From: Rhodosorus marinus CCMP1338
Taxonomy: Eukaryota > Plantae > Rhodophyta
Direction: 5' to 3'
Assembly: GCA_029953675.1 (NCBI GenBank)
Contig: JAMWBK010000007.1
Coordinates: 682,001-746,000 of the forward strand
DNA: 64,000 nucleotides
In this document: positions 34,312 through 46,372 of the stretch, in pieces
Numbering within the stretch: the stretch's first letter is position 1
How the letters are laid out: each line of letters opens with the position of its first letter
Position numbers and translations under genes: made by a program
The notes under the pieces: model-generated
Seen by the model: the letters and a program-made list of their open reading frames with translations, nothing else
Databases searched by the model: none
Told to the model about the DNA's origin: nothing

Positions 34312-36704
34312 ATGGCGGAATATGAGGATGGCGAAGCCGAAGTAGCAGATTCCACTGTGGTGAGGGTGGATGAAGGGAGTGCACCTGATGAAGTGCCTGT
34401 CCCTGGGGCTGACGTAGCGTCAGTACCTGGGGATGATGTTCCTGAGCGGCCTGAGATTATCGACGGTAGTCACAATGAGGTGAAGCCTGTGTTTAAACGG
34501 GCTCCTCCGATGCCGGTTGTTCCCGAAAACCTCAAAGTAAGCCAGCAGGCTCTCCTCCGATGCTCCACGAGCGTCAAGTGGAGAACAGCTATACAGTCCG
34601 GAAGGCGTAGAATGGGTGGACAATATCTGGCACGGAGCTAACGGGCGGTTTGTTTTTTTTGTACGGTTCAACCCCGTAGGACTATCCGCTACCGCCTCCC
34701 ATAGCGAATGACTTTAAACATTTCAAGCCCAGCGTGCAAATGGGCCCGCACAGCGTCATGAAGTTCCGGCCTCCACCGGCAGTGAAAAGTGAAGAAGTAT
34801 GGTTTCAGGGTAGTGTCCCGGAGAGTATCTCAGTATCAATCTCAGACGGTAAGGCTCTGGGAGAGTCCGATATGAGCATTGTCGACTCGGCATGGCTCAA
34901 CGCCAACTCTCTAGCTGTGGCGAAGAGCGACGGGATGGTGGATGTGTACAACGTGCACTCTCAAAAACTCGTGACGCAGTTCCGACCGTATATGGACGAT
35001 GATCCAGTCCAGCATCTGGCCTCCCTGGAGAAGACAATTGATGATGATGACTTTGAAGCAAATTTGCTCAAGGTAGCTACTGTTTCCGGTAAAACGAGAA
35101 CTGTAAGGACGTGGGAGTTGGACGGGGACAGGGCTGAGCTTATTCGGTCCATTGCGGTTCCGAAAGATGGGACCGAAGTCGCTATGTCTGTACCTCTTGT
35201 TTCTAAATTCAAGATGCCGGTTCGCGATGATCTAGTTTCGAAGCCAAAGGAGAGGAGAGAAGGTGAATTTGAATCTGTCCTTCAAGCGGCTGAAGAGGAC
35301 TACGCAGAGCTGGAATCGACATATGCTGTGAAGGCTAAGGAGGCCGAGTTCGATGGGCTTATCGCGGAGGCACAAGCTGAGACTGAGGCCATGGAGGCCA
35401 GTTACGCAGCGGCTGCGGCGGCTGCTGCAGCAGCAGCCGGTACCGCAGTGGTTTTGGGTGCTGGTGAGTCTGATGAAGCGGAGGCAGCGGAGCTTGAAGA
35501 GGCCGAAGAAGAAGTTTCCGCGGAGACAGCAGAGCTTGAAGAGGCCGAGGAAGTAGCTTCTGCAGAGGCAGCAGAACTGGAGCAACCCGCAGAAGCGGCG
35601 GAAACGGCCAAAGAAGATGCTGATTTGGACGCTGTAGCACAAGCAGAAATAGAAGAGGACTCCGCTGCCGCCGACGCTGCCGCTCTGGCTGCAGGTACGG
35701 CCGCTGGTGCCGCCGGTGTTGCCGGCGCTGCTGCGCTAGCAGATGACGAGGCTGCAGGTGTAGCCCAGGCGGTAGGTGCTGACCAGGCCATCGAACAGAC
35801 ATCTGCAAGGTCGGTCGTTAATCAGACAAAAGTACCGCCCGCGGACGATGGAGGTAATGCCGGCGCGATAGCCGGGGCTGCTGTTGGTGGAGCTGCGTTG
35901 GGAGCTCTGGGGACAGCCGCAGTTGTAGCGGCGACTAAGGGAGACGACGAAGCGGAAGAAGAAGAAGAGGTTGCCGAGGAGACTGTCGAAGAGACAGCCC
36001 CTGAAGAAGCTGTGCCAGAGCCTGTTGAAGAAGACCTCGCGGCAGAGCCGACCCTGGAAGAGGTCTCAGCTGAGCCCGTCGCCGAAGAAATCCCCGAGGT
36101 GGATTCGAGTGACGGCGTTGCAGAGGCGGCAGCAATAGGTGGTGTATCTGCGGCTGCTGGCGCCGCCGCTGTCGTAGAGGATACCGACACTGACCCATTC
36201 GCAAAATTCAAGTCTGCAGAGGAGCAGGATATTGCTGCTAAAAAGGCGTATGAAGACCAGCTCACACAGAGGAAGAGCGTGCCTGCCGGTGCAATCGCTG
36301 GAGGTGCAGCCGCTCCAGGTCTTGCGACAGTAGCTGCGGCTGCCGACGATGGAGCGGAAGACGACGAGGCTGAGTATGAAGTGGTTGAGGAGGATCAAGG
36401 CTTCGTCTACGAAGATATCGAGGTGTATGAGCCAATTCCACCCGAGGAACTCAAGCCGGGTGTTGAAGCAAGTACCGCAGCTGGATTGGGGGGCGCAACA
36501 GCAACGGGAGCGGCCGTGGGGGATGCGGCTCTTGCAGAAGATGAGGATGATGAAGAGATAGAAGAATACGTAGAGGAGACCATCGAGGAGCGCTATCTCG
36601 AGGAAGATGAAGACGACGACGATATTATTGAGGAAGAGGCAGTGGAAGAGCTTGAGGTCACGTACGAGGACGGGGTTGTTGTCTCTGTTGAAGGGGCAAA
36701 CTGA
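34312..36704 (+). CDS. Large acidic Ala/Glu-rich protein of unknown function, about 749 aa, 2 exons (34312-34536, 34680-36704), with a short WD40-like segment
   Basis: Phase-0 GTAAGC..GTAG intron joins ORFs 34093 and 34734; beta-propeller-like SAWLNANSLAVAKSDGMVDVYNV and TVSGKTRTVRTWEL; long E/A/D low-complexity tail. Confidence 0.75.
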
Positions 36705-36890
36705 ACAAAAAGGAACTCCAAAGCGCTCTGAACTCTTGCATGAGGAGCAAGTAAGATAGAATGGCTTTGTCCTCAGGCGGTGTAGTTGATCTGTTCATTC
36801 CTTTTTTTTTGTGGTATCGCTTTTGTTCTGAACGCCGGAACGCCGAGTTCGGGGAAACACGAGAGCAACGGGCGGTCAGCGGGCTCAGCG

Positions 36891-36919
36891 CTCAGAAACC
36901 TGCGACGCAGGTTTCTGAG
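36891..36919. other. Perfect 14-bp inverted repeat with a 1-nt centre
   Basis: CTCAGAAACCTGCG-A-CGCAGGTTTCTGAG. Confidence 0.85.
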
Positions 36920-37549
36920 AGAACCGAACTATCTTTTGATTAATTTTTTGAGACATAAAAAAAGTCTTCTATTCGTTAGTATCCCCTTAGCTCACGCTCA
37001 GCCAGACACCACCCTCTCCGTAATCCTTTCGATCTAAACCTCGGTCATAACTGAAACAAGAAGCGAAGACCATACGACACGCGCCATGCTTAAATAACGC
37101 GCTTACGGATGCTTCAGCACAGACAGAAATGATCTGCTTCAAGACAAGCCTAAGCACGTCTATGTTGTTTCCGTGAAATCCACAACAGCCCATGTGCGTT
37201 GAAACCCTGACAAGCTCATCCTCATCAAGTCACTGGTTCTGATGCTGACGTGGACATATTAACCACATCCCTGCCGTCAAAGCACTATGTTCGGTACTGC
37301 ATCTTCACGTGAGGAGAACAGTATCCCTTTTGACCCGAAAGCAAGTACTGATTCGGCTCAAGAGTCGAGTAAAGAGGCTGGACAACGACCGTCACTTTCC
37401 TCATCACTGGTAAGCGGATCGGCTTGGCAAAATGTGAAGCAGCCCGTCTAGCAAAATCCCAGAACTAAGTTTGGTGTTACGTCCGAACTAAGATATGGGT
37501 ACTGGAGTCCGTGTGTCTGCAAGCATTGCTCAGGACAGTAAGTGCTGGG

Positions 37550-37909
37550 ATGGAAGGACGTGAACTGAGAAATCGGTTTCTGTTTGAGTCGTCTTTGGCG
37601 TTGAAGGACGAGGCTCCGAGCATATCGAGGTATCTCTCGAGAAGACACCAGCAACGGTTACCTGAAGCACCTGATCTAGTCCGATGTGAGCGCTGTTCGA
37701 CGATTCTTGTTGGAAACAGAACGAGGGTCAGGAAGGGTCGGGCGGTGCGGGTCTGCAAGGGATGCGGTAACATTGAGCGGTCAATAAGGAAATCATGCCC
37801 GAAGGAGGAGACGCTCAAATCGCCGGCGGAGGTTACAAGCAAACCGGGGAAGAAGAAGCAAGCATTAGACAAACCCACTAAGCTGAGCAGTTCATTCCTC
37901 TTTGAGTAG
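37550..37909 (+). CDS. Rpr2/Rpp21/Snm1-like zinc-ribbon protein (RNase P/MRP subunit family)
   Basis: N-terminal RNRFLFESSLAL..P.ISRYL helix pattern; CERC...CKGC zinc ribbon; basic tail. Confidence 0.6.
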   Translation: MEGRELRNRFLFESSLALKDEAPSISRYLSRRHQQRLPEAPDLVRCERCSTILVGNRTRVRKGRAVRVCKGCGNIERSIRKSCPKEETLKSPAEVTSKPGKKKQALDKPTKLSSSFLFE

Positions 37910-37929
37910 AACTCAGCTGGAAACGACGA

Positions 37930-39450
37930 ATGAAGGGCCTGTACGCGCAATTCACACAGTCGATGCTTGAACCTGTTCATGACCAGACGTGCTATGACAT
38001 CCTTGGCGTCAAGGTGAGCCCTCCCGCTCAGGAATGTACTGCGCTGGGCGGCTCGCTGCGTAGGAGTTGGTTCATGCTTGGGGAGGGTGCTCACCTCTCC
38101 CACGGTGCGTATGGTGCTGCTTCAGTTTTCGTACAGAATACTGGAGACGCGATCCGTGCGAAGATGGAAGAGGATCCCGTGAGGTTCTTCTACGAGCTAC
38201 TGTTCCCAGCGCTGTCGCTGTCACTTCGAAGGACGGCACAGTTCGTGAGCGGAGCTGCAAGGAACATGGCCTTCGTCCCCAATGTCGAGTTTGCAATCTC
38301 GGCGGCGCTGCAGAGCCTAGCCCAGATCGAGCTCTTTCCAAACGGCTGCAAGATCCTCGTGACTTCGCTGACCTACGGGGCCGTTAAAATAGCCGCAAAA
38401 GAGGCCGCCTCCAGGAAAGGCGGCTGGATCGACGTCGTGGAGATACCAACCTGCGACGACTGCACCGACGAGGAGATCCTCCGGCGCTTTCGTGGTAAGC
38501 TCAGAGGATCGAGCATTGCCGTTTTCGAGCACATCTCGTCGCCCACAGGCCTGGTTATGCCCGTAGAGGAAATCTGCAAACTCTGCCGTGAGCACTCCGT
38601 TCTAAGCGTTGTGGATGGCGCCCATTCCCTCGGAGCTGCCGAGGTCAATCTTGAGCGAATCCGCGCGGACGTATACACTTCAAATGGGCACAAGTGGTTG
38701 ATGAACCAAAGAGGGTGTGCTTTCCTAGCTGTCTCCGAGCAAGTCAGAGACGTTCTCCACCCTGTCCTAGCCTCTTGGGGCCACGACAAAGGTTTCAATG
38801 CTGAGTTTGTTTGGCAGGTAAGCCCAACTTGTAATTCATTCTCGCAGGAGAGACCATCCACATTCGCCTAGACTAAATCTGCTCGACAAACCCACAGGGA
38901 ACAATGGACTACACCCCAATGCTCACAATGCCAGCTGCGATATCGTTTCTGACCTGGTGCGGTCGTGGAAATCCGGAACAAGTATACAGGAGAAACCATC
39001 GTCTTGCCTGCTGGGCTGCAGATATGCTTTCTTACATCCTCGATACAAAGACTTTGTTTCCAAGGTGTGACAGAGCTGCTCAAAACTCCAAAGACGATTG
39101 TTTTTCGCTCACCAAAGTCTTGTACTCTTCCACCCCGATACAGCGAGATGGTGGCTTGTATGGCGTGCGTTAAGCTACCAGTCTATGCGAATCCTATTGA
39201 AGAACTACGACTAGTTCTCTCCCAGAACGAGCCGCGAGTACAAGTCGCTGTCTTCTTCTTCGTCGTCGACAATGAAGACGACCGCTATCTACGGATATCA
39301 TGCGCAATTTACAACGATGTATGGGACGTTTTGACGCTCGCTAAGAAGCTGCTTGATGTTATCAGGGCTCCCGAAGAAGCCCACCGTCGATTGCGTCGCA
39401 AGGAGGCCCTTGTAAACCTCGATCTTGAGCGAAGCTTGGATGGCTTGTGA
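37930..39450 (+). CDS. PLP-dependent class V aminotransferase/C-S lyase (L-cysteine desulfhydrase or Egt2 hercynylcysteine-sulfoxide lyase-like), 3 exons (37930-38817, 38898-39064, 39144-39450)
   Basis: FEHISSPTG, VDGAHSLG, Schiff-base Lys in YTSNGHKW, WQ|GTMDY across intron 1, YLRISCAIYN. Confidence 0.85.
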
Positions 39451-39482
39451 AAGGTCTCCTGAGGTAGCCTGATCGGGTATTG

Positions 39483-39922
39483 ATGAGGGAGATTGGAAAT
39501 GATGTTGCGGAGCCCAAGCTTTTACTTGATGTTCGAAAAAGGATGGACACGGTGCTAAGATTGCCCTGGAACTCGACGACGACGTTTGTGATCATTGGAG
39601 CGGCAATTGCGACAGCGGGCGTTGTCGCTCTTCAAGCACAGGTGAGCTTTTTGCGCTGTCGAATTGAGGGCTTCTTGTGAGGGAGTTTTAAGCGCTGGCA
39701 TTGCTTTTGTCTGTCGTCTGTGCTTTTTTTCTACAGAAACCGAAAGTCTGTGATAGCTGCAAGGGTCTGGGGGCCTTTAAGTGCTTCGTCTGTGACGGAT
39801 CGGGGACGATAAAATTGCCAAAACAGCGCAAGCTGGAGAAATGTAAGACTTGCAATGGCCTTGGAAAGACCCGCTGTCGTCCTTGCAAGGGCAGCGGATA
39901 CATCAAGGAATACGTCGGCTAA
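39483..39922 (+). CDS. Small membrane-anchored DnaJ-type zinc-finger protein, 2 exons (39483-39641, 39737-39922)
   Basis: One hydrophobic helix, then four CxxCxGxG repeats (CDSCKGLG, CFVCDGSG, CKTCNGLG, CRPCKGSG); no J domain. Confidence 0.8.
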
Positions 39923-40155
39923 CGCTTAACTGAGTTGGGGCCTCGTGTCCCTCCCAAAAATATTTTTGATACGGAAACAAAGAAACGTCGGGAAGAAGAT
40001 TTGGAGGAGGAATCGACTCGTTGAAATAGCGAAACGACGGGCTTTGTTTCTATTACGGATGAAAAGGGCCACAGACGTAAAATTAAAAGGGTAGCCCAAC
40101 AACAATTGCACTGTTATCCACCAGCTCCACCCACTAACTCACGAAGAGCAAAAGG

Positions 40156-40229
40156 CGCCGGCGGAGGGGCTCGAACCCTCGACCACCAGGTTAAAAGCCT
40201 GGCGCTCTAGCCGACTGAGCTACGCCGGC
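40156..40229 (-). tRNA. tRNA-Lys(TTT)
   Basis: Full cloverleaf: GCCGGCG acceptor stem, anticodon loop CTTTTAA, T-loop TTCGAGC. Confidence 0.97.
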
Positions 40230-41401
40230 ATAAATTCCGAAGAAAATTTCTTTTTTTATATAATACAACTTATTTTGAATGAGACGCCCCTGACCTCAGT
40301 ATTCTCCAGGCCCGTTCGAGCTTAACTTCTCAGTTGACTGCAGGCTGAACGATTTTGGTGTGACTAGATTGTAGTAGGTTGTAGAAAACTACCACTCGCT
40401 TCTGCAGTGGGAAGCGAATTCTATGGAGATGTCCTGATTGCTTGATTCGAAACAGCTCTGCTTGCTTGATGCCCATGTAAAGGACTTGTTTAGGTTAGGT
40501 CAACGAGCATTGATATCTGATCCTTCTGAGATCTCGAGATAGAAGTCTTCTCGAACTCCATTGAGGAACGGAGGTTGGAAATGAAACTGTCTCCTTTGGT
40601 ATTCGCTTTGTAGCAGATGTTCAGAAACATCCGAAGCGTCCTATGCCTTCCTACCTGCGTGCATGTTCGGCTATAATCCACTCCATAGACCTGGCGTGAA
40701 ATGCGCACAGACTAAAGATTGAGAATTTACGTTACACGTTCCAACGGTAAAGAAAAGCTACCAATGCTAACGCATTGGTAGTTGACATTACCGTGGCTCG
40801 ACGGACACTGTACAATATCCGAATCATGGCACTGTCGTAGTACTTCTAGCTCCAAACTGAAGCAGCTCTTTAAAGTTGCGATGTGTCCCCAGAGTGCGTT
40901 CGGCGAGAGAGTATTGTGAGACCAAAGCGCTCCAAATGAAAGCCTTGAAACCTGTGATGTTCTCATGAGAGAAGCGGTTGGTAGAGGCAGCCCGCCGCGG
41001 AGAATGAGGAGATGAGTGATACATCAGTGACCGTTGACTTAGCCTGTAAATCCGATCTGCTTTTGGCTTCTCGAGCTGCTTCAACGTGGACTAAGATTCC
41101 CCTCTTCCGTGCTATGCCCTTGAAGCTACTGCGGAGAGGGACTGATTCATACAAGGCGAGCACTTGCGCCATGTCTGAATACTGCCGTGCAAGGAGACTT
41201 TTTTCGTTCCTTTATTTCACCGGAACATGTAGACAATGAGATACGGTCAACACGGTTTTCCAGAAGTGTACTAGGGAAACGTGTTGCTGGTCCGAACGAC
41301 AGCAGAGTCAAGCCGGTAGATGAACATTATGAACAACACTACGAGTTCGGGTGCTGTGTGAATTCAAAAGGACCATATGAACAAGCTCCTTGTCTCTTTA
41401 C

Positions 41402-41701
41402 TCAGCTCTGCTTCTCCCCACGACTCGACCCGTCCTCGGCGAGTCCACGGATAATATCGTGCAAACTCATCTCCTTCGCTTTCGGTTCCTCGTCCCTCGA
41501 ATCGGCTTTGATAGACTCGTGCAGGTTGAGCAGCTTCTTCAATTCTTCCTCGCCATAAAACTTGTACAGGTCCTTCCTCTTATCCCCGCCCTGCAAGTTT
41601 CTTCGACAAGCTGGCATGTTCCTATCGGATCTCCTAGAGCAGTAGCTCCGAGACGTTGAGATCCTCACGGATGAATCAAAACCTCCTGAGGCGAATGCCA
41701 T
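41402..41701 (-). CDS. Small putative plastid-targeted protein, 99 aa
   Basis: MAFASG plus a Ser/Arg-rich transit-like leader; charged helical mature part (EEELKKLLNLH, SLHDIIRGL). Confidence 0.5.
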   Translation of the reverse strand: MAFASGGFDSSVRISTSRSYCSRRSDRNMPACRRNLQGGDKRKDLYKFYGEEELKKLLNLHESIKADSRDEEPKAKEMSLHDIIRGLAEDGSSRGEKQS

Positions 41702-42685
41702 GATTCTTCTCGTTTCTATGAGGGAAAACCCGGAGCTACCCTAGCAGACAATACTTTCCAATCCTCCTTCTGCGTACCCTTGGAGCTCAAAGTACCCTTC
41801 TTCAACTTCACGATAGTCCTGCTTCCCCAAACCACTTTTCCCAAAAAAATCCCAACTAGGAAAATATTTCTCATCTAAAATATTTCATTATACATAATTT
41901 TGTTTTCGAGAATTTGCATGTAAAAAGCACTTGTACTGTCATCTCGTTTCTCTCAGTAAAAAGTGCCCCTTGACGGGATGTAACTCATATAGAGCTGCTC
42001 GAAAATAAACCTCAAGGTTAGGCTACGTCGTTGGGAAGTTGAACAGGTGGAGGCCATGTGCAAAGTTCGACCGTCATATCTTGAAATATGCATGTGCCTA
42101 GTCACCAGTGACGACTTTTCCTACCATGCGTTTGCCCTCTCAGCCGTGGCGCTGAGTATTCTGGATTGTCTTTGATAGTTCGTGCTGCCCGTTTAGCAAG
42201 CCAGTATGGTACCCAGAGGGACACATGAGATAGCCAGCTCGAAATCAGAGCGGCATTGCTCTATCGGAGAAAGGAAATCTCCAGCTCAAACGCCGAAACA
42301 GCCATCCGGCCACTGCGGTTTGCGTGCAGGATTCTAGTCGTTAAAAAGCCTCTCCCAAAAAGGCTTTAGGCCAAGATTATGAAACTACATGGCCTCAGAG
42401 GAATTCATGGACTAGCGTCTTCAGCAAGAAAACAGCGCTACTATAGATCAATAGAGGAGTTAAGAAAAAGCTCCAGCTCAAGCAGCCAACCGATCCATAT
42501 CCGGCGATCCGATCTTCCGGAACGTACGATCGATCGATACCCAAAGGTATCTCGTCGATCCTAAATTCTCGGATTGGGATTGAAGCTAGAGGTGAGAACC
42601 CGGAATGGTTCTCTGAGACATGGTTTCCTTTGATGAAGTGATCTGAAGGAATGAAATGGACTTTCCAGATTGACGATTAACAATT

Positions 42686-43986
42686 ATGGAACTGTCTTTC
42701 GTGATCAAACCTGGCGCTACGGTTCGTCGCAGGGGCGGTAGATCGGTGTTGAGTCTTAATCGTGGTGGTGATCTGCGCAGGATGAGGATGACCCGGGTAG
42801 AGGCCAGGTTGGATGCTGAATCTGTATCAGAAGAGGATATTAAGAATGCAAAGGAGTTGATCCATAAGTGGCAGAATCCTCCCGAGGAGGAGTACCCTGC
42901 GTGGTTGCCGCAGACGATCGAGTACTCGGTGCGATGTGCACAGCAGGCGACGGCATTTGCGTTGATGGATTCTGTGACAAGGATCAGTGTAGATCTTCCG
43001 TTGGGAAGAACGCGGAGGGATGGGTTGAAGTGGTCGACTCTAGAGCAATGCTTGCACGAGTCCTCCGTCCTCGCCCCGCACTACTGCCAGGCCTTCAAAG
43101 GAGCAAGTATTCGACTAATTCTCGCCGCAGAACCTCTTGGAAGAAGCGTCGAATGGCTGCAGAGCCTGCAGACACTCGATGAAGCCGCTGAAAATCCTTC
43201 TTCGGATGAATTTGATATCGTGATCATAGCTAGCGCAACCCGAGGAGACGCAGATAAGGTCCGGACGCCATAGACAAAATTGAGTCACAGACGAAAGCCT
43301 GCTCACACGGTTAAGACGTTTGATCTACTGTGCATCAGATATCGAAGATCGTCTCCGAGTGCTCGAAGGACACTGCAATCGTTCTCTTCAACTGTTTCAT
43401 CGACGCTAATCTAGAAGAGGTCAGCCCTTCGGAGCAGTTCACTCCGGTGTACATTTGTCGTCGATATGAAGGGGGTGCTGTTCTATTGTCTGGTCATGGA
43501 AGACAATGGGACTGTTTCGCAGAGCTCTCCGTAAGTGACAAAAAAACCTCGAGCAACACCCACGATGGTCACAAAACTCCTCAATCGCTGGCTGACAGTC
43601 TATCCAACTCTTTGGCTCTGAAATCCCTAGATCTTTGAGTTCGAGCATGTATCAAGAACGTCACCAGAATGGCGACCTAGCTGTCAGAATCTAAAGACAG
43701 CACTTCAAGCGGATGGTATCACTTTTGATCCCCTCACTCGCTACTACAACTCAAACCTCGATCTGAAGAGCGCTGGGTAAGGAATTCTCTCTGTAACGTC
43801 CTCCAGAACGGAGAGGACTAGTCTTGCCTGCGCCTCCGTACTGAAGGATTCTACCAACGTGGGTTCTTCTTCCTCAGGTTCTGGCCGTTTATGATCATAT
43901 GCTTTCCTGAAGTGCTCCCACTGGACGAATCGATCCTTCCTGAACCAGAGCCAAAGCCTACTAAGAAACGCTTCGGATTCTTCTAA
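42686..43986 (+). CDS. Plastid-targeted DUF1995-like protein, 4 exons (42686-43258, 43339-43530, 43631-43776, 43878-43986)
   Basis: MELSFV transit peptide; LPQTIEYSVRCAQQATAFALMDSVTRISVDLP resembles the DUF1995 N-terminus; three GT-AG introns keep the frame to ...KKRFGFF*. Confidence 0.6.
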
Positions 43987-45503
43987 TCACAGTCTCAAGC
44001 AGGAACTACGAGATCAGCATCGCTCGACGACAACGTCGAATGTCGGACTCTTGAAAAGCGTAGCTCATGGCGCTTTTCTCGTCGACGAGCGACTTCTGCA
44101 GTACCTTCTCCGGACCGTCAAGATACATCCAGACCCCTGCAGTATGTGACTATGGTGATCTTCACCTCCGTGCAGGGAGGACTCCAGAAAGTCTCTTCGG
44201 TCTGCGAGTAACGTGCTCCTACTACTTACCATTTCCGCAAAAGGGCTTTTCTAAATCCTCTTGTCGAGTTCTGACTCTAAGACGATACAGACCCGGTGTT
44301 CAACCAGCAGCATCAGGTAGCTTATGTCGCCAACTAATGGTATTCCAGCCTTCGGTTCTCGAATGACGTGTAAGATCCAGAAACCGATGTCGCACTCTAC
44401 ACAGATCAGAAGATCCGATTCAAAGCAAGCATGCAGAACTCGCGTTTGTCTGTTCAGTCGACGAAGTCACTTAGCATCACTGCTCACCCTTTCACTAGCA
44501 CCGAAGATATCTTTGAAGTCGTTCAGGATGTTTCATCCTGAGATCCATGAACGCATATATCCAAAAGCGCTTGCTGAAGCCGCGGACAAGTGCGTCACGC
44601 TCTTAAAGTTCGTCGACACAACTGAAAGCGCCATCGGCTGAGGTTCAGGTGCTTGTCAGGGCCTCCGGCCATACTGAAGTAGGTTTTTGTTCAGATCGAA
44701 GGCACCACACGAGAATGAATGTAGGATCATGTCTACCAACTAATTGGGCCCTCCACTAGATCTTCCATCAACAAAGAGTTTCTTTGGCAAGAAGCTCAAC
44801 CACCTACTAGATGGACCCGACTGATACAGATTTATGCACATTACCCTTCGTTGAGCAGATTAGTGAACAGCGAAGCAATTTGTAAGCCCCGGTATTAATT
44901 CTATATCAGATGGCTTCTCGAAGATCATCGTCGAATGACTCTCCAATTCTGGTATTCGTTCCTAGTCCGAAAGACGGCAGGTTTCATTGTCAACTGCGGA
45001 AGGTCCAACCAGACCACCTCCAACCCAAATTGAGTATGCAGGAAGCAACGGAAAGGAGAGGAAAGCTTGAAACTATTCCTCATTCGTAGGACGAGTCCAC
45101 GATTCCATTCAGATATGCTTTTTGATACCCAAATTAATCCATCCATCCAAACCTCTTTCATCCTTCAGGGTAGTAAAAACGTACCCTGAAGCAATGGGAA
45201 CGTCTTGAGAAAGTATTGAGGAAGCTCGCACAGTGTGCGGCAGGGTAGGGAGGTGGGTCCTTTTGGTATCCTCTTGTCTAGGTTCAAAGAGAGTAATAAA
45301 TCTTATATGTTGGACTTCTTCATTTTATCAGAGGAGTGAAGATCCAAACTTTGTGATGCAGGTAGGCTTTTCTTCATCCCGGGCTCTTTTTGTTTGTGTC
45401 GGAGTTGAGAACGGAGGTTTGGAGGTGGATGTGAGGGTGTTTTCTCTGAGGCCAGTGTTGTTTCTGGTTTCGTGTTTTTTTTGGTGGACGTGAACAGGCC
45501 TCT

Positions 45504-46372
45504 ATGTCAAGAACGGAGGAGAAGATCAGGTATGGGAGTAGAGTTCTTGTAAAGCACCCTCTGAGATGGGATTTGATCGGTATCAGGCAAGCGTCGTTAA
45601 CATTTGGGCTTTTTTGGTTTTCGGCTTGTTTTGTTGCTCTAGTTACGATTGGTCTCAGACGAGTGATGCCGTCTTGTTGATATTTAGAGCATCAAAAGTG
45701 GTTAAGAGCGGATCAGATATCGAGATAGACAAGTCGTCGGTAATGAAATCAACAACTCGGTTCGCTCCAGACTGTTGTCCAAGCATTCGCCCTACCAGCC
45801 GCGACTGGCCTCTGAGTGAACATGAGGATCGGAACACTGTATTTGTGCGTCCCAACCGTCAACTGACGAAAGCGTGGTTAATCTCCTGTTTATTTGGTAC
45901 CTCAGGTCGATGTATCGCTCAGCAGACCTGATTGTCCGGACTACGTGATGAGCTCGCGCTTACCGGGTGAAGTCAACGTAAGAAGCAGTTCCTATACATT
46001 TTATTCTGACCGTGTTGAAATTAGACTCGTAAAGGCCTCTCCGGGTGAGGAGTGGAGACTCCCAGATAGATCTGGGACAAAAAAGGTAGCACTGATTCGG
46101 CACATGAGACGTCCGACAGTTTACGCGGCCATTTTCTTAGCATGTTTCGCTTCTTTCCCCTGTAGGACTGGGAAAAAATCGCTTCAACCATCCCTGATCA
46201 GGACAAAGGGTCCATCGACCACGTACTTCAGAGCATTTACGAGAACGCGGATGAGGACACGCGGCGTGCGATGAACAAATCCATGCAGGAAAGCAATGGC
46301 ACTGTGCTTTCCACCGACTGGGCAAAGGTTGCCTCAGGACGAGTTGAAACATATAAATCGACAGAGTCATAG
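45504..46372 (+). CDS. SGT1: SGT1 co-chaperone (CS and SGS domains, no TPR), 169 aa, 4 exons (45504-45529, 45643-45739, 45906-46085, 46166-46372)
   Basis: CS start YDWSQT and VEIRLVKA; SGS IYENADEDTRRAMNKSMQESNGTVLSTDW. Confidence 0.9.

Noticed and set aside
35232-36398. Antisense and alternative-frame ORFs within the acidic protein
   Set aside because: By-product of low-complexity GCN/GAR codons.
36985-37170. U3 snoRNA-like boxes on the minus strand (GATCATTTCT, CTGAGCGTGAG)
   Set aside because: Spacing is too long, and no box C or properly placed box D follows box B.
43990-45161. Possible multi-exon minus-strand gene ending ...VWMYLDGPEK...RRAMLIS*
   Set aside because: Last two exons are plausible, but no open full-length model or family could be built.
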